Part shown: in pieces, positions 8,355 to 15,903 of the stretch | How positions within the stretch are numbered: position 1 is the stretch's first letter | Layout: each line of letters starts with the position of its first letter | Origin: Actinomycetota bacterium | GTDB lineage: Bacteria; Actinomycetota; Thermoleophilia; Gaiellales; Gaiellaceae | Direction of reading: 5' to 3' | Length of the DNA: 38,656 nucleotides | Assembly (NCBI GenBank): GCA_947507735.1 | Contig: CANNRA010000001.1 | Location: 1-38,656 of the forward strand | Made by a program: the position numbers and the translations under genes | Notes under the pieces: generated by a model | Database searches by the model: none | Seen by the model: only the letters and a program-made list of their open reading frames with translations | What the model was told of the DNA's origin: nothing

Positions 8355-9797
8355 CTAGATGTCCTGGTAGACGGTGACGATCTCGGTGTAGAACTCGATC
8401 GCTGCGCGGCCCTGCTCGTGCGGCCCGAAGCCCGACGACTTGATGCCGCCGAAGGGCACGTGCACCTCGGCGCCTGCCGTCTGCGAGTTGACGTGCAGCA
8501 GTCCGGCCTCGACCTCGGTCGAGAAGCGGTGGGCGGAGGTGAGGTTCGACGTGTAGATCGACGCGGAGAGGCCGAACGGCACCGCGTTGGCGCGCTCGAT
8601 CGCCTCGTCGAGGGTCGCGAAGCGGTAGAGCGAGGTGACCGGCCCGAACACCTCCTCGCAGGAGAGGAACGCGTCGTCGCTGACGCCCTCGAAGACGGTC
8701 GGCTCGATCACGTAGTTGTCGCCGCCGAGCGCCTTGCCACCGGCAAGCACGGTGCCGCCCTCGGCCTTGCCCTTGGCGATGCCGGCGAGGATCTCCTCGA
8801 ACTGCGCCTTGTTGACGATCGGGCCGACCTCGGTGGCCGGGTCGCTCGGGTCGCCGACGACGCCGCGGTCGATGCGCGCCAGCAGCTTCGCCTTGAAGGT
8901 GTCGTAGACCGCGTCCTGCACCAGCATGCGGCGGGTGGCGGTGCACTTCTGCCCGGCCGACCAGAAGGCGCCGGCGTAGGCGCCCTCGACGGCCCTGTCG
9001 AGGTCGGCGTCGGCCATCACGATCAGCGGGTTGTGACCGCCCAGCTCGAGCTGGACACGCTTGCCCAGTCTCGTCGCCTCGTCGCGCACCGCGAAGCCGG
9101 TGGTGACCGAGCCGGTGAACGAGATGGCGCGCACGCGTGGGTCGCGCACCAGCGCGTTGCCGATCACGGAGCCGCGCCCCATCACCAGGTTAAGGACGCC
9201 CCGGGGCAGCCCCGCCTCCTCGAAGCACTGGGCGATGTGCAGGCCGGTCAGCGGCGAGTCCTGCGCCAGCTTGAGCACCACGGTGTTGCCGTAGGCGAGC
9301 GCGGGCGCCAGCTTCCAGACCGGGATGGCGAACGGGAAGTTCCACGGCGTGATCAGCCCGACGACGCCGACGGGGCGGCGCATCGTCAGCACGTTGCCGC
9401 CGGTCACGGTCTGCTGGAAGAGCTCACCCTGGGCGCGCCAGCCCTCGCCGCCGGCGTAGCGCAGCACGGTGGCCCCACGCCCGGCCTCGCCGCGCGACTC
9501 GCGCAGCGGCTTGCCCATCTCGGCGGTCATGTCCTGCGCGATCTGCTCGACGCGCCGCTCGATCGCCTCGGCCGCCTTGATCAGGATGGCGCCGCGGGCG
9601 GGCGCGGGCGTGCGGGCCCAGCCCTTCAGCGCAGCGTGCGCGGCGGCAATCGCCGCATCCACATCGGCGAGGTTGCTGGACGGGAAGCTGCCGATCAGCT
9701 CCGAGGTGTGCATCGGATTGCAGTCGTCTGCAGTCGCGCCGGAGGCTGCGGGCAGCCACTCGCCGTTGATGAAGTTGAGGAAGGGCGGTCTCGTCAT
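8355..9797 (-). CDS. NAD(P)-dependent aldehyde dehydrogenase (KGSADH/2,5-dioxovalerate dehydrogenase-like)
   Basis: ITPWNFP, FTGS, ELGGHNP, catalytic GQKCTA and EEVFGPV motifs. SD GAGGA upstream. Confidence 0.9.
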   Translation of the reverse strand: MTRPPFLNFINGEWLPAASGATADDCNPMHTSELIGSFPSSNLADVDAAIAAAHAALKGWARTPAPARGAILIKAAEAIERRVEQIAQDMTAEMGKPLRESRGEAGRGATVLRYAGGEGWRAQGELFQQTVTGGNVLTMRRPVGVVGLITPWNFPFAIPVWKLAPALAYGNTVVLKLAQDSPLTGLHIAQCFEEAGLPRGVLNLVMGRGSVIGNALVRDPRVRAISFTGSVTTGFAVRDEATRLGKRVQLELGGHNPLIVMADADLDRAVEGAYAGAFWSAGQKCTATRRMLVQDAVYDTFKAKLLARIDRGVVGDPSDPATEVGPIVNKAQFEEILAGIAKGKAEGGTVLAGGKALGGDNYVIEPTVFEGVSDDAFLSCEEVFGPVTSLYRFATLDEAIERANAVPFGLSASIYTSNLTSAHRFSTEVEAGLLHVNSQTAGAEVHVPFGGIKSSGFGPHEQGRAAIEFYTEIVTVYQDI

Positions 9798-9870
9798 CTC
9801 GGTGTCCTCGCTCGATGCTGGCAGGGGCCGGGCGGCACTCAGGCCGTCCGAAGCAGGTCGCCGGCAGCCA

Positions 9871-10599
9871 TCAGAAGGTGGCCCGTCCGCCGGAGAGGTC
9901 GAAGGTGGCGCCGGTCGAGAAGCTCATGTCCTCGCTGGCGAGCCAGGCGACGAGCGCGGCGACCTCGTCGGGCAGGCCGACGCGGCCGAGCGGGACGCGC
10001 GAGACCATGTAGTCGATGTGCTGCTGCGACAGCTGGTCGAGCAGCGGCGTCTGGATCACGGCGGGCGCGATGCAGTTGACGAGGATGCCGCTGCCGACGA
10101 CGTCCTTGCCGATCGCCTTGGTCATGCCGATCACGGCCGCCTTGCTCGAGGAGTAGGCGGCAGCCAGCGGGTTGCCCTCCTTGCCGGCGATCGACGCGAC
10201 GTTGACGATGCGGCCGTAGCCGCGCTCCTTCATCCCCGGCACGACGGCGCGGTTGGCGTAGAAGGTGCCGTCGAGATTGATGGCGTGGACGCGCCGCCAC
10301 TCGCTGTCGTCGACGTCCTCGGTGTGCAGCGAGTCGCCGCCCACGCCCGCGCAGCAGACGAGGATGTCGAGCCGGTCGAGCTCGCGCTCGACCACCTCCA
10401 CGGCGCCGCTCACCTGGGCCGAGACCGTGACATCGCCGGCGATGCCCAGCACGCCATCCGGCAGCCCCTTCGGGTCGAGGTCGAAAACGGCAACGCGCGC
10501 GCCGCCGGCGAGCAGGCGCTCGACGCAGGCGGCGCCGATGCCGGATGCTCCGCCGGTGACCAGCGCAACGCGATCGGAGAAGTCGTAGATGTTCGCCAC
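9871..10599 (-). CDS. SDR-family oxidoreductase (FabG-like)
   Basis: TGGASGIG cofactor motif, NVASIAG, YSSSK catalytic motif. SD GGGAGG upstream. Confidence 0.9.
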   Translation of the reverse strand: MANIYDFSDRVALVTGGASGIGAACVERLLAGGARVAVFDLDPKGLPDGVLGIAGDVTVSAQVSGAVEVVERELDRLDILVCCAGVGGDSLHTEDVDDSEWRRVHAINLDGTFYANRAVVPGMKERGYGRIVNVASIAGKEGNPLAAAYSSSKAAVIGMTKAIGKDVVGSGILVNCIAPAVIQTPLLDQLSQQHIDYMVSRVPLGRVGLPDEVAALVAWLASEDMSFSTGATFDLSGGRATF

Positions 10600-10633
10600 T
10601 GCCTCCCTTCTACCACACCTCCGGGGTCGTCCA

Positions 10634-10714
10634 GAATCGGTTACCGCTGGCTCGATTCCGGGGTCGGCACACGAGGGGTAATCGGTTGTTTGCGGCCGTC
10701 CCGGCGGTTACCCT
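10634..10714. promoter_or_regulatory. candidate operator/5' structure: three (A)ATCGGTT(ACC) motifs and two hairpins in the divergent SDR/diol-dehydratase intergenic region
   Basis: AATCGGTTACC at 10635-10645, AATCGGTTGTT at 10680-10690, CGGTTACCC at 10705-10713. GAATCG/CGATTC stem at 10634-10658. GGGTAA...TTACCC stem at 10676-10713. The last motif overlaps the -10-like TACCCT. Confidence 0.3.
10709..10714 (+). promoter_or_regulatory. -10-like hexamer TACCCT, 6 nt upstream of ATG 10721 (leaderless-type)
   Basis: TACCCT-ggctgg-ATG. No SD. Confidence 0.35.
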
Positions 10715-10720
10715 GGCTGG

Positions 10721-11155
10721 ATGGACGAAGCAGGGGGGACACCGCGCTTTGATCCCCTTCGTGACTACCCGCTCGGTGAGCGGCGCCCCGATCTGGTGCG
10801 CACCGCCATGGGGCTCGCGCTCGGGGAGCTGACGCTCGACGGGCTGCGCGACGGTGCGTTCACCGCGGAGGAGCTGCGGGCAACGCCGCAGACGATGCGC
10901 CTGCAGGCCCAGGTCGCCCGGGCGGCCGGCCGCGAGCCGCTCGCCGCGAACCTCGAGCGCGCCGCCGAGCTGGCCGGCGTCGCCGGCGAGACGATCCTCA
11001 GCATCTACACCGCGCTACGCCCGCACCGCTCCGACGCTGCCGAGCTCGAGGCCTGGGCCGTGCGGCTCGAGAGCGAGCTCGATGCGCCCCTGAACGCCGC
11101 CTTCGTGCGCGAGGCTGCCGCCCAGCACGGCCGTCGGGGACTGCTGCGGCGATGA
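10721..11155 (+). CDS. pduE: AdoCbl-dependent diol/glycerol dehydratase, small (gamma) subunit
   Basis: Similar to PduE/PddC/DhaB3 over its full length, as I remember them: DYPL, TPQTMRLQAQVARAAGREPLAANLERAAEL, IYTALRPHRS, AFVREAA. The stop overlaps the next start (ATGA). Confidence 0.85.
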   Translation: MDEAGGTPRFDPLRDYPLGERRPDLVRTAMGLALGELTLDGLRDGAFTAEELRATPQTMRLQAQVARAAGREPLAANLERAAELAGVAGETILSIYTALRPHRSDAAELEAWAVRLESELDAPLNAAFVREAAAQHGRRGLLRR

Positions 11156-13407
11156 CGACCCCTGACGACCCTCTCGAGCCCGGGACGCCCGGGTCGGCGC
11201 GCTTCCGCACGCGTGAGGCGGCCGTCCTGCGCACGGAGGCGCTGATCGCCCCGGCGCCCGCGCTTGGCCTCTGCGTGTTCGACGGGCCGAACGACCCGGA
11301 GCCGGGCATCGAGCTGCGCGACGGCCGCGTCGTCGCGATCGACGGGGTGCGCGAGCAGGACTGGGACGTCGTCGACGCGTTCATCGCAGCGCACGGCATC
11401 GATCCGGTCGCCGCCGGCGAGGCAGCGGCCCTCGACGACCTCGAGATCGCGCGCCGCCTCGTCGACGTCGACACCCTGCGCGACGACCTCGTCCGGCTCG
11501 GTCGCGGCCTGACGCCGGCGCGCCTCGCCCGCATCGTCGGTCTGCTCGATCCGGTCGAGCTGATGTTCGCGATGAAGAAGCTGCGGGCTCGTCGCGCCCC
11601 GGCCAACCAGGCGCACGTCACCAACCGCAAGGAGAACCCGGCGCTGCTCGCGGCCGATGCCGCCGAGGCGGGCCTGCGCGGCTTCGCCGAGGTCGAGACG
11701 ACGGTCGGCGTCGCACGCTACGCGCCCCTCAACGCCATCGCCATCCTCGTCGGCGCGCAGACCGGGCGGCCCGGCGTGCTCACCCAGTGCGCGGTCGAGG
11801 AGCGGCGCAACCTCCAGCTCGCGATCCAGGGGCTCGTCACCTACGCCGAGACGCTGTCGGTGTATGGCACCGAGAGCGTGTTCGTGGACGGCGACGACAC
11901 GCCGTGGTCGAAGGCGTTCCTCGCATCGGCGTACGCGTCGCGCGGCGTCAAGATCCGCTTCACGAGCGGCGGCGGCTCCGAGGCGCTGATGGGCGGCGCG
12001 GAGGGCAAGTCGATCCTCTACCTGGAGGCGCGCTGCCTGGCGGTGATCCGCGCGGCCGGCTCACAGGGCGTGCAGAACGGCTCGGTCTCCTGCGTCGCTC
12101 TGGTGCTGTCGCTGCCCGGCGGCACGCGCGAGATCCTGGCCGAGAACGTGCTCGCGGCCTGGCTCGACCTCGAGGTGGCGTCGGGCAACGACGCGATCGC
12201 CTCGCAGTCGCCGATCCGCAAGACGGGCAAGCTGATGGGGCAGTTCCTGCCCGGCACCGACTTCGTGACGTCGGGCTACAGCGCGATGCCGCGCTACGAC
12301 AACATGTTCAGCGGCGGCAACTACGACGCTGACGACTACGACGAGTGGCTGACGTTGCAGCGCGACTGGCAGGTGGACGCTGGCATCGAGCCGGTAGGCG
12401 AGCAGGATCTGCTGGCGGTGCGCCTGCGCGCCGCACGCGCCGTCCAGGCGGTCTTTGCCCGGCTCGGCTTCCCGCCGGTCAGCGACGAGGAGGTCGAGCT
12501 TGCCGCAGGCTGCAAGGACTCGCGCGACCTGCCCGACCGCGACCGCGCCGCCGACGTGCTGGCCGGCGATCGCGTCCTCGCCGAGGGCATCAGCGGTGCC
12601 GACGTGGCGCTCGCGCTCGAGGCCGCGGGCTTCCGCGACATCGCCGAGGCGATCCTGGCAATGCAGCGCCAGCGCGTCTCGGCCGACTACCTCCAGACCT
12701 CGGCGATCCTCGCTGCCGATGGCGGCGTCGTCTCGGCCGTCAACGACCCGAACGTCTACACCGGTCCGGGCACCGGCTACCGCCTCGAGGGCGCCCGCTG
12801 GGAGCTGCTGCAGCAGCTGCCGCACGTCCAGTCGGCGGCCGACTTCGCCGCGCGCCCCGCCGAGGGGCCGCCTGCCACCGCCGACGCGCGCATCGCCGGG
12901 CTGGGGGAGTCGCCGCGCGAGGTCGTGATCGCTGTTGGCCCCGCGTTCGGCGCCGCGCTGCGCGAGACGATCGGCGGGCTCGAGCACGGTGCGGTCGTCC
13001 AGGCAGTGATCGACGGCATCACCGAGGCAGGCGCGCAGCCGCGGGTGGTGCGCGTGCGCCGCACGAGCGACGTCGCCTTCATCGGGCACGACGGGGCGCG
13101 CCTCTCGGGGTCAGGCATCGCCGTCGGCATCCAGTCGAAGGGCACCACCGTCATCCATCGCGTCGACCTGCAGCCGCTCGATGTGCTGGAGCTGTTCGGG
13201 CAGGCGCCGCTGCTGACGCTCGACTCGTACCGCGCGATCGGGCGTAATGCCGGCGGCTACGCCGTGGGGGAGCGCGTCGGCCCGGTACCGACGGTGCTCG
13301 ATAACTACGCGCGCAACAAGCACATCGTCCGCACCACGCTGCTCCACGCTCGCGAGACGGCCGAGGTCGTGCCGGACGCACCCGCGGTCGAGCTGCTGCC
13401 GGGCTGA
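11152..13407 (+). CDS. pduCD: AdoCbl-dependent diol/glycerol dehydratase, large (alpha) and medium (beta) subunits fused in one 751-aa polypeptide
   Basis: Alpha module, aa 1 to about 565: QAHVTN, ETTVGVARYAP, GRPGVLTQC, DGDDTPWSKAFLASAYASRG, YLEARC, QNGSVSC, SGND, FLPGTDFVTSGYSAMPRYDNMF, TGYRLEGARWE. Ala/Pro linker at about aa 566-588 (nt 12847-12915). Beta module from about aa 589: VVIAVGPAF, TIGGLEH, RVVRVRRTSDVAF, LSGSGIAVGIQSKGTTVIH, LELFGQAPLLT. Confidence 0.9.
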   Translation: MTTPDDPLEPGTPGSARFRTREAAVLRTEALIAPAPALGLCVFDGPNDPEPGIELRDGRVVAIDGVREQDWDVVDAFIAAHGIDPVAAGEAAALDDLEIARRLVDVDTLRDDLVRLGRGLTPARLARIVGLLDPVELMFAMKKLRARRAPANQAHVTNRKENPALLAADAAEAGLRGFAEVETTVGVARYAPLNAIAILVGAQTGRPGVLTQCAVEERRNLQLAIQGLVTYAETLSVYGTESVFVDGDDTPWSKAFLASAYASRGVKIRFTSGGGSEALMGGAEGKSILYLEARCLAVIRAAGSQGVQNGSVSCVALVLSLPGGTREILAENVLAAWLDLEVASGNDAIASQSPIRKTGKLMGQFLPGTDFVTSGYSAMPRYDNMFSGGNYDADDYDEWLTLQRDWQVDAGIEPVGEQDLLAVRLRAARAVQAVFARLGFPPVSDEEVELAAGCKDSRDLPDRDRAADVLAGDRVLAEGISGADVALALEAAGFRDIAEAILAMQRQRVSADYLQTSAILAADGGVVSAVNDPNVYTGPGTGYRLEGARWELLQQLPHVQSAADFAARPAEGPPATADARIAGLGESPREVVIAVGPAFGAALRETIGGLEHGAVVQAVIDGITEAGAQPRVVRVRRTSDVAFIGHDGARLSGSGIAVGIQSKGTTVIHRVDLQPLDVLELFGQAPLLTLDSYRAIGRNAGGYAVGERVGPVPTVLDNYARNKHIVRTTLLHARETAEVVPDAPAVELLPG

Positions 13408-13420
13408 GCGGGCGCGGGGT

Positions 13421-13437
13421 GGGGCGCCGGGCGCCCC
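13421..13437. terminator. GC-rich hairpin between convergent genes (possible bidirectional terminator, no U-tract)
   Basis: GGGGCGCC-G-GGCGCCCC palindrome, 14 nt after the dehydratase stop and 11 nt after the tautomerase stop. Confidence 0.3.
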
Positions 13438-13447
13438 CGGAGCGGTG

Positions 13448-13630
13448 CTAGCCGCCGACCTTGCCGGCGATGCCCCAGTTCTTGGGGGAGACGCCTTCGA
13501 CGATCACCCAGATGTGCTCCTTGCTCGCGCCGGTCGCCTCGGCGAGAGCGTCGGTGAGCAGCTCGACGATCTTCGGCACCGACTCCTCGGTGACGCGGGT
13601 GTCATAGAGCTTGACCTCGATCAGTGGCAT
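13448..13630 (-). CDS. 4-oxalocrotonate tautomerase family enzyme
   Basis: 60 aa beginning MPLIEVKL (catalytic Pro1 after Met removal), with ...VIVEGVSPKNWGIAG. SD GGAAGGAG immediately upstream. The ORF-track start at 13666 is too long. Confidence 0.85.
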   Translation of the reverse strand: MPLIEVKLYDTRVTEESVPKIVELLTDALAEATGASKEHIWVIVEGVSPKNWGIAGKVGG

Positions 13631-13718
13631 GCAATGGCTCCTTCCTGGCACTCTTGCTGCAGGCACGGTACCCGTCCGTCCAGCGGTTCAGCGCCCCCGC
13701 GCGACCTGCTTGCCGCCG

Positions 13719-14750
13719 TCAGCTGATGGTCAGCGTCGCGCAGCTCCAGCCGGTGCGATTGCCGCTGAGATCGGCTCCGCCGACGCAGAACGTCAGCTTT
13801 CCGGAGACCGTCTTTGGGAGGGTCGCGGGTGCCTGCTGGATGCGGCCGTCACGCTCCCCGGCCATCACGGCCCAGGCCTTGATCAGCGTGCTGCCGCGGT
13901 AGATGCGGTAGCTCTCGCCGGCAAAGCCGCTGTTGTCGGTGGACTCGTAGGAGAGGGTGAAAGGCAGCCCACGCCTGCCGCTGCTCGGCAGCGCCTTGAT
14001 CACGGGGGCGACGCGGTCGGTTGCGAAGCGCTTGTCGCGGTACCAGCGGGCGTACCACGGGACGAGTCCCTTCGGTGTCGCGAAGGTTGTCGCCGGGGTT
14101 GCCGGGGTTGCTGGGGGTGTAGGGGTGGTCGCAGTTGCCGACCAGGTGCCGGCCAGACGCGTGAATGCCGTCGAGCACGAGTTGGCGGTCGGGCTGTCCT
14201 GGTTCCAGCAGAGCCCGTTGTACGGCCCGTCCTTGTCGGCCGTGTCGCCGTGACGGCCGAGCGTGACGTAGAGCGGCGCCACGAGCCCGACCAGCGAGCA
14301 GGTGTGCGGGCTCTCGACGGCGCCGACGGCCTTCAGCCCTGACCCGGTGTAGTGGCGGACGCCCGACGCGTCGGTCGCCGTGTAGCGCAGGCTGCCAATG
14401 ACCACCGCGCCGGCCGGAACGGTGCAGCTCGCCGGATCGGTGTCGGCCTGATCCATGCCCGTGCGATCGATGACCAGGAACTGCGTGCCCGGGCTCGGGG
14501 TGCCCTGGCTGCGGAACGACTGCTGCGTGGTGGCGGTGAAGACGCCGCCCGCTTCGGTGATCACCTGCGTGCGGGCCGAGCGGTCGTAGCCGACCTTGAG
14601 CACGAAGCTCCCGACGATGGGATCCACAGCGGCGGTGGCCGAAGCGCTGCGGGGAGCCGCCGAGGCGAGGCTCGCCGTTGCCGCGACGGTGACGGTTAGC
14701 GCTGCAGCCGCGGCGAAAGCGGCGCGGCCAGCGAGCAACACGGTTCTCAT
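13719..14750 (-). CDS. secreted hypothetical protein (signal peptide, Pro/Thr linker, C-terminal beta-rich domain)
   Basis: Signal peptide ending ASLASAAP. TATTPTPPATPATPATT linker. SD GAGAGGAG upstream. Good GC3 bias. No family recognised. Confidence 0.65.
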   Translation of the reverse strand: MRTVLLAGRAAFAAAAALTVTVAATASLASAAPRSASATAAVDPIVGSFVLKVGYDRSARTQVITEAGGVFTATTQQSFRSQGTPSPGTQFLVIDRTGMDQADTDPASCTVPAGAVVIGSLRYTATDASGVRHYTGSGLKAVGAVESPHTCSLVGLVAPLYVTLGRHGDTADKDGPYNGLCWNQDSPTANSCSTAFTRLAGTWSATATTPTPPATPATPATTFATPKGLVPWYARWYRDKRFATDRVAPVIKALPSSGRRGLPFTLSYESTDNSGFAGESYRIYRGSTLIKAWAVMAGERDGRIQQAPATLPKTVSGKLTFCVGGADLSGNRTGWSCATLTIS

Positions 14751-14851
14751 GGTCGTCTCCTCTCAGAGGGTCGCTGGGCGAACCCGTTGAGACGAGCATG
14801 CGTCGCCGTCGCGCGGCCGAGCATCGGGGAGCACGCGGATCGGTGAGCGGC

Positions 14852-14866
14852 GCGGGCGAAGCCCGC
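14852..14866 (-). terminator. short GC hairpin after the E1-alpha stop (weak terminator candidate)
   Basis: GCGGGC-GAA-GCCCGC, 13 nt downstream of the stop. No U-tract. Confidence 0.25.
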
Positions 14867-14878
14867 TGGAGCGGCGGC

Positions 14879-15889
14879 CTAGAGCGGCTGCGCGTAGACG
14901 CCGTCGGCGAGCGACGCCGGATCGGGCGCCGGCGACAGTTCGGCCTCGGCGAGTCCAGCCGCGACCTCGTCGGAGGCGGCCTGGCGGTGGCTGTCGACCT
15001 CGGCCGCAGAGAAGCCGTCGAGCAGAAGGCGGGCAGCGAGCCGCTCGACGGGGTCGCGCTCCGTCTCGTAGCGGCGCTTCTCGTCCTGATCCATGTAGTT
15101 GCCGGCGTCGTGGGCTGCGTGGCCCTCCATGCGCATCGACACGGCCTCGATCGCCTGCGGCCCCTCACCGTTGCGCGCCCGCTCGACGGCGGCGCGGATG
15201 GCGACGTAGGTCGCGATCGCGTCGGTGCCGTCGACCTCCTCGCAGGGCAGCGACCAGCCGCCGCGCACGCGCTCGGTGATCGACGTGTTGAGCATCTGGC
15301 GTGTCGTGGGCGTCGAGTAGGCGTAGCCGTTGCGCTGGATCACGAAGACGGCGGGGACGTGCAGCACGCCGGCGAGGTTCAGGCCCTCGTGGACGTCGCC
15401 GACCGAGAACGCGCCGTCGCCCCAGAAGGTGAGCGCCACGCGCGCCTCGCCGCGCCGCTTGAAGGCGAGCGCTGCGCCCACGATCAGCGGGCAGAGGTCA
15501 CCGAGCATCGAGACGAGCGGGAAGACATCCTTCGAGGCCATGCCGAAGTGCATGTTCCCGTCGCGCCCGCGCGTCGGGCTGTCCGCCTTGCCGAGGTAGT
15601 TGCGGAAGACGTCGCCGACGGTGACGCCGCGGGCGAAGTGCGCCGCCATCTCGCGATTGAGCGGCGCGATCACGTCGGTGGGGTCGAGCGCGAGCCCGCC
15701 TGCCGCGGCAACTGCCTCCTGGCCTCGCCCCGTGTAGACCGAGCCGGGAATGCGGCCCTGCCGGTAGAGCGTCATCACGCGCTCCTCGGCGATGCGCTGC
15801 AGCAGCACGAGCCGGAACAGCGCGAGGCGCGTCTCGCGCGTGACGCCGTGGACGTCGAGGCAGGGGATGGTGACGAAGGGCTCGGGCAC
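14879..15889 (-). CDS. TPP-dependent 2-oxoacid (pyruvate/acetoin/BCKA-type) dehydrogenase E1 component, alpha subunit
   Basis: TPP-binding GDGAFSVGDVHEGLNLAG...VIQRNGYA motif and MEGHAAHD. GTG start with AGGAG 12 nt upstream. Confidence 0.9.
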   Translation of the reverse strand: MPEPFVTIPCLDVHGVTRETRLALFRLVLLQRIAEERVMTLYRQGRIPGSVYTGRGQEAVAAAGGLALDPTDVIAPLNREMAAHFARGVTVGDVFRNYLGKADSPTRGRDGNMHFGMASKDVFPLVSMLGDLCPLIVGAALAFKRRGEARVALTFWGDGAFSVGDVHEGLNLAGVLHVPAVFVIQRNGYAYSTPTTRQMLNTSITERVRGGWSLPCEEVDGTDAIATYVAIRAAVERARNGEGPQAIEAVSMRMEGHAAHDAGNYMDQDEKRRYETERDPVERLAARLLLDGFSAAEVDSHRQAASDEVAAGLAEAELSPAPDPASLADGVYAQPL

Positions 15890-15903
15890 GGGGAGGAGCG
15901 CTC

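Noticed and set aside
8331-10079. 582-aa plus-strand ORF antisense to the aldehyde dehydrogenase and SDR
   Set aside because: Low-complexity Arg/Gly/Ala sequence. The minus strand carries complete ALDH and SDR motif sets.
10600-10720. Possible AdoCbl (B12) riboswitch in front of the B12-dependent dehydratase
   Set aside because: The region is only 121 nt and is shared with a divergent promoter. I could not find a B12-box-like core or the usual GGGAA/GCCACTG-type conserved blocks. The start also looks leaderless.
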